A stretch of DNA of 64,000 nucleotides, from assembly GCA_965240325.2 (NCBI GenBank), contig OZ251222.1:1922001-1986000 (forward strand), written 5' to 3'. This document shows, one piece after another, positions 58,438-64,000 of this stretch. The notes under the pieces were generated by a model. It did no database searches, had not been told where the DNA came from, and was given only the letters and a program-made list of their open reading frames with translations. Position 1 is the first letter of the stretch, and every line of letters starts with the position of its first letter. The translations under genes and the position numbers were made by a program. This DNA is from Rebecca billardiae RCC1528 (lineage: Eukaryota > Protista > Haptophyta).

Positions 58438-61400
58438 GTGTCAGTGATACAGGCAGATACAGTGATACAGTGATACACGGGTGGCCTGTAGTCCGGGTGC
58501 CGGCAGTCCGGGCGCGGACGGCGGCGCGCGCGGCGGCGGCTTGGCAAGGAGGGCCCCCCGTATCAGTGATACAGGCAGATACAGTGATACAGTGATACAC
58601 GGGCCTGGCCTGTAGTCCGGATGGCGGCAGTCCGGAAGCGGACGGCGGCGCGCGCGACGCGGCAGCTGGCAAGGAGGCCCCCCGTATCAGTGATACAGGC
58701 AGATACAGTGATACAGTGATACACGGGCCTGGCCTGTAGTCCGGATGGCGGCAGTCCGGAAGCGGACGGCGGCGCGCGCGGCGCGGCAGCTGGCAAGGAG
58801 GCCCCCCGTATCAGTGATACAGGCAGATACAGTGATACAGTGATACACGGGCCTGGCCTGTAGTCCGGATGGCGGCAGTCCGGGAGCGGACGGCGGCGCG
58901 CGCGGTGGCGGCTTGGCAAGGAGGCCCCCCGTATCAGTGATACAGGCAGATACAGTGATACAGTGATACACGGGCCTGGCCTGTAGTCCCGGTCCGGATG
59001 GCGGCAGTCCGGGAGCGGACGGCGGCGCGCGCGGAGGCGGCTTGGCAAGGAGGCCCCCCGTATCAGTGATACAGGCAGATACAGTGATACAGTGATACAC
59101 GGGCCTGGCCTGTAGTCCGGATGGCGGCAGTCCGGGAGCGGACGGCGGCGCGCGCGGAGGCGGCTTGGCAAGGAGGCCCCCCGTATCAGTGATACAGGCA
59201 GATACAGTGATACAGTGATACACGGGCCTGGCCTGTACGGTCCGGATGGCGACAGTCCGGGAGCGGACGGCGGCGCGCGCGGCGGCGGCTTGGCAAGGAG
59301 GCCCCCCCGTATCAGTGATACAGGCAGATACGGTGATACAGTGATACACGGGCCTGGCCTGTACTCTGTAGTCCGGATGGCGACAGTCCGGGAGCGGACG
59401 GCGGCGCGCGCGGCGGCGGCTTGGCAAGGAGGGCCCCCCGTATCAGTGATACAGGCAGATACAGTGATACAGTGATACAGGAGGCCTGCTTTAGTCCGGA
59501 TGGCGGTAGTCCGGGAGCGGACGGCGGCGCGCGCGGCGCGGCAGCTGGCAAGGAGGCCCCCCGTATCAGTGATACAGGCAGATACAGTGATACAGTGATA
59601 CAGGAGGCCTGCTTTAGTCCGGATGGCGGTAGTCCGGGAGCGGACGGCGGCGCGCGCGGTGGCGGCTTGGCAAGGAGGCCCCCCGTATCAGTGATACAGG
59701 CAGATACAGTGATACAGTGATACACGGGCCTGGCCTGTAGTCCGGATGGCGGCAGTCCGGGAGCGGACGGCGGCGCGCGCGGCGCGGCAGCTGGCAAGGA
59801 GGCCCCCCGTATCAGTGATACAGGCAGATACAGTGATACAGTGATACACGGGCCTGGCCTGTAGTCCGGATGGCGGCAGTCCGGGAGCGGACGGCGGCGC
59901 GCGCGGAGGCGGCTTGGCAAGGAGGCCCCCCGTATCAGTGATACAGGCAGATACAGTGATACAGTGATACACGGGCCTGGCCTGTAGTCCGGATGGCGGC
60001 AGTCCGGGAGCGGACGGCGGCGCGCGCGGCGCGGCAGCTGGCAAGGAGGGCCCCCCGTATCAGTGATACAGGCAGATACAGTGATACAGTGATACACGGG
60101 CCTGGCCTGTAGTCCGGATGGCGGCAGTCCGGGAGCGGACGGCGGCGCGCGCGGAGGCGGCTTGGCAAGGAGGCCCCCCGTATCAGTGATACAGGCAGAT
60201 ACAGTGATACAGTGATACACGGGCCTGGCCTGTAGTCCGGATGGCGGCAGTCCGGGAGCGGACGGCGGCGCGCGCGGCGCGGCAGCTGGCAAGGAGGCCC
60301 CCCGTATCAGTGATACAGGCAGATACAGTGATACAGTGATACACGGGCCTGGCCTGTAGTCCGGATGGCGACAGTCCGGGAGCGGACGTCGGCGCGCGCG
60401 GTGGCGGCTTGGCAAGGAGGCCCCCCGTATCAGTGATACAGGCAGATACAGTGATACAGTGATACACGGGCCTGGCCTGTAGTCCGGATGGCGGCAGTCC
60501 GGGAGCGGACGGCGGCGCGCGCGGAGGCGGCTTGGCAAGGAGGCCCCCCGTATCAGTGATACAGGCAGATACAGTGATACAGTGATACACGGGCCTGGCC
60601 TGTAGTCCGGATGGCGACAGTCCGGGAGCGGACGTCGGCGCGCGCGGCGGCGGCTTGGCAAGGAGGCCCCCCCGTATCAGTGATACAGGCAGATACAGTG
60701 ATACAGTGATACACGGGCCTGGCCTGTAGTCCGGATGGCGGCAGTCCGGGAGCGGACGGCGGCGCGCGCGGAGGCGGCTTGGCAAGGAGGCCCCCCGTAT
60801 CAGTGATACAGGCAGATACAGTGATACAGTGATACACGGGCCTGGCCTGTAGTCCGGATGGCGACAGTCCGGGAGCGGACGGCGGCGCGCGCGGCGGCGG
60901 CTTGGCAAGGAGGCCCCCCCGTATCAGTGATACAGGCAGATACAGTGATACAGTGATACACGGGCCTGGCCTGTAGTCCGGATGGCGACAGTCCGGGAGC
61001 GGAAGGCGGCGCGCGCGGCGGCGGCTTGGCAAGGAGGCCCCCCCGTATCAGTGATACAGGCAGATACAGTGATACAGTGATACAGGAGGCCTGCTTTAGT
61101 CCGGATGGCGGTAGTCCGGGAGCGGACGGCGGCGCGCGCGGTGGCGGCTTGGCAAGGAGGCCCCCCGTATCAGTGATACAGGCAGATACAGTGATACAGT
61201 GATACACGGGCCTGGCCTGTAGTCCGGATGGCAGCAGTCCGGGAGCGGACGGCGGCGCGCGCGGCGCGGCAGCTGGCAAGGAGGCCCCCCGTATCAGTGA
61301 TACAGGCAGATACAGTGATACAGTGATACACGGGCCTGGCCTGTAGTCCGGATGGCGACAGTCCGGGAGCGGACGTCGGCGCGCGCGGTGGCGGCTTGGC

Positions 61401-62073
61401 AAGGAGGCCCCCCGTATCAGTGATACAGGCAGATACAGTGATACAGTGATACACGGGCCTGGCCTGTAGTCCGGATGGCGGCAGTCCGGGAGCGGACGGC
61501 GGCGCGCGCGGAGGCGGCTTGGCAAGGAGGCCCCCCGTATCAGTGATACAGGCAGATACAGTGATACAGTGATACACGGGCCTGGCCTGTAGTCCGGATG
61601 GCGACAGTCCGGGAGCGGACGGCGGCGCGCGCGGCGGCGGCTTGGCAAGGAGGCCCCCCCCGTATCAGTGATACAGGCAGATACAGTGATACAGTGATAC
61701 ACGGGCCTGGCCTGTAGTCCGGATGGCGACAGTCCGGGAGCGGACGGCGGCGCGCGCGGCGGCGGCTTGGCAAGGAGGCCCCCCCGTATCAGTGATACAG
61801 GCAGATACAGTGATACAGTGATACACGGGCCTGGCCTGTAGTCCGGATGGCGACAGTCCGGGAGCGGACGGCGGCGCGCGCGGCGGCGGCTTGGCAAGGA
61901 GGCCCCCCCGTATCAGTGATACAGGCAGATACAGTGATACAGTGATACACGGGCCTGGCCTGTAGTCCGGATGGCGGCAGTCCGGGAGCGGACGGCGGCG
62001 CGCGCGGAGGCGGCTTGGCAAGGAGGGCCCTTCGTATCAGTGATACAGGCAGATACAGTGATACAGTGATACA
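58438..62073 (+). repeat. Tandem array of ~123-124-bp units (30 cores): 40-nt core GTATCAGTGATACAGGCAGATACAGTGATACAGTGATACA plus GC-rich spacer
   Basis: Cores counted at ~58438, 58560, 58684 ... 61910, 62034. Confidence 0.97.
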
Positions 62074-62866
62074 GCAGGTGGCCTGGTAGTCCGGGTGGTG
62101 GCAGTCTGCCGTCTGGAGTCTGGGCGTGTGCCGGCGAGTGCCGGCGGCAGCAGAGTTGAGCAGTCCGGGCGCGGACAGGGACGATTGCGGCGGCCTGAAC
62201 AGGGAGTTCCCGGCCCCGACGGTGGTGAAGTTGGCTCGCCTGCGTGCCGCGGATGATCAGTCAACGGTGAGCAAGACGGGGGGGGGCGGGGCGGGGGGCG
62301 ACACGGCACGAGGCCCTGACGGCCGAGCTGGCTGGCGAGCCGTTGTGCGCCGCAGCATACGCAGCGCCGCACGCGCGCTGCCGGCGAGGGCACGGGCGGT
62401 GATCAGACACGGCGGCGGCCAGCAGGCACGGTGCCGGCTCTCGCCTGCGCGCTCGGCCCGCAGGGCGCGTGCCAGTCAGTCATTGGCGCGGCAGCCGGCG
62501 GCGGCTGCGACGTGCCGTCAGCGGCCGCCGCGGGCGTGCGTGGCGACAACTGCAGCGATGCCTGGCTGTCGCGGTGCGGCTCGCAGAACAGCGCACGGGC
62601 GCCACGTCTCCATCACGCCACGGCTCCAGCGCGCCCTGACGCGGCCCGGCACTCACGCCCACACGAGCTGCGAAGACGCGCGCCTTGCCATCGCGCGAGA
62701 GTGGGGGTCGTCGGGCCCGGCCGCGAATCGCCGGCGGCCGTTTTGAAACCCGCTGCCGCTGTATCACTGTATCACTGTACCATCGGCGACGGCTTCATGG
62801 GCGGTGACAGTTGGCGGGCGTCAATCTCGCCTGCCTGAGCTGTGTGCGTCTCTTATTCTTAGTAAA

Positions 62867-63255
62867 CTGTATCTGCCTGTATCACTGATACGGGGGGGCT
62901 CCTCCCGGCCGCGCCGCCGCGCCGCGCCGCCGTCCACCCGGACTGCCGCCACCCGGACTACAGGCCACCTGTATCACTGTATCACTGTATCTGCCTGTAT
63001 CACTGATACGGGGGGGCTCCTCCGGCCTCCCGGCCCGCGCCGCCGCGCCGCGCCGCCGTCCACCCGGACTGCCGCCACCCGGACTACAGGCCACCTGTAT
63101 CACTGTATCACTGTATCTGCCTGTATCACTGATACGGGGGGGCTCCTCCGCCGGCCGCGCCGCCGCGCCGCGCCGCCGTCCACCCGGACTGCCGCCACCC
63201 GGACTACAGGCCACCTGTATCACTGTATCACTGTATCTGCCTGTATCACTGATAC
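62867..63255 (-). repeat. Inverted block of the same repeat family (variant spacer), 3 full cores plus 1 partial
   Basis: Reverse-complement cores at 62970-63009, 63096-63135 and 63216-63255, and a partial core at 62867-62891. Confidence 0.95.
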
Positions 63256-63283
63256 GGCAGGGGCTCTGCCGAGGAGCCCCCCT

Positions 63284-63750
63284 GTATCAGTGATACAGGC
63301 AAATACAGTGATACAGTGATACAGGTGGCCTGTAGTCCGGGTGGCGGCAGTCCGGGTGGACGGCGGCGCGGCGCGGCGGCGCGGCCGGGAGGAGCCCGGC
63401 CCCCGTATCAGTGATACAGGCAGATACAGTGATACAGTGATACAGGTTGAGGTGGCCTGTAGTCCGGGTGGCGGCAGTCCGGGTGGACGGCGGCGCGGGC
63501 CGCGGCGCGGCGGCGCGGCCGGGAGGAGCCCCCCCGTATCAGTGATACAGGCAAATACAGTGATACAGTGATACGGGTGGCCTGTAGTCCGGGTGGCGGC
63601 AGTCCGGGCGGGCGGCTGCCGGCGCGTGCTGCGCGGCGGCGTGGCCGGGACGGGAGCCCCCCGTATCAGTGATACAGGCGAATACAGTGATACAGTGATA
63701 CAGGTGGCCTGTAGTCCGGATTAGGCGGTAGTCCGGGCGGCGGGCGGCGC
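63284..63750 (+). repeat. Forward block of the same repeat family (variant spacer), 4 cores
   Basis: Cores at 63284, 63405, 63536 and 63663. Confidence 0.95.
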
Positions 63751-63809
63751 GCTGACGTATGGACACGGTGCCGCGGCGGCTGGGGCTGTGCAGCCTGTCG
63801 GCTCAGGGC

Positions 63810-63910
63810 CCTGTATCAGCCGGCATTGATACACAGCTGGGGCTGTATCAGGTGGCATTGATACACAGCCGGGCTGTATCAGCTGGTGTTGGTGCCCACT
63901 GATACAGCCC
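63810..63910. repeat. ~30-bp mini-repeats reusing the CTGTATCA / TGATAC motif
   Basis: ctgtatcag..ggcattgatacacagc x2, then gggctgtatcag...ctgatacagccc. Confidence 0.8.
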
Positions 63911-64000
63911 AAGATGAGTATTGTCTAAGGGGGATCAGACGTGTGCCGCCGGCCAACCAGCGCTCGCGGACGGCTGCGCTTCTCGGAAACTACAGATTCT

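Noticed and set aside
58438-63750. CRISPR array
   Set aside because: Spacers are near-identical copies of ~80 nt rather than unique 30-40-nt sequences. No cas genes are visible and the context is eukaryotic.
58158-63912. ORFs with repeated VYHCITVSACITDTGG / CITVSLYLPVSLIRG
   Set aside because: These are translations of the DNA repeat. Unit lengths vary (122-131 nt) and shift frame constantly.
58175-63935. piggyBac-type termini (ccttaga ... tctaagg)
   Set aside because: Only a 7-bp inverted match with no TTAA target duplication, which is insufficient.

Overview
Very GC-rich, gene-dense eukaryotic nuclear DNA with few, short GC-rich introns (GT/GC...CAG, often with a CTGAC branch site). Bipartite plastid-targeting peptides (ASAFAP in KASII) indicate an alga with a red-derived secondary plastid. 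A haptophyte, possibly Pavlovales-like, is my inference. About 22 protein genes lie in 0.5-58 kb, many as tight head-to-head pairs: Tic22, GH2 beta-mannosidase, a degenerate sulfotransferase, a PHTF/gustatory-receptor-like 7TM channel candidate, EF-hand proteins, plastid KASII/FabF, ABCA transporter, ferlin-like C2 protein, TPR proteins, ALG10, a P2X receptor with an IQ-like tail, ankyrin, HAD phosphatase, DNA polymerase kappa and an EEP-fold enzyme. Three non-genic structures stand out. (1) A 307-bp near-perfect inverted repeat at 10.77-11.67 kb behind a promoter-like segment. (2) A probable transposon relic with a psq-type HTH next to an (AT)n tract at 43.3-45.4 kb. (3) A 5.5-kb repeat complex at 58.4-63.9 kb built from a near-invariant 40-nt palindrome/iteron core alternating with ~80-nt GC-rich spacers, with a ~30-core tandem array and an inverted fold-back block. 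All family assignments come from motif recognition by eye, not database searches.
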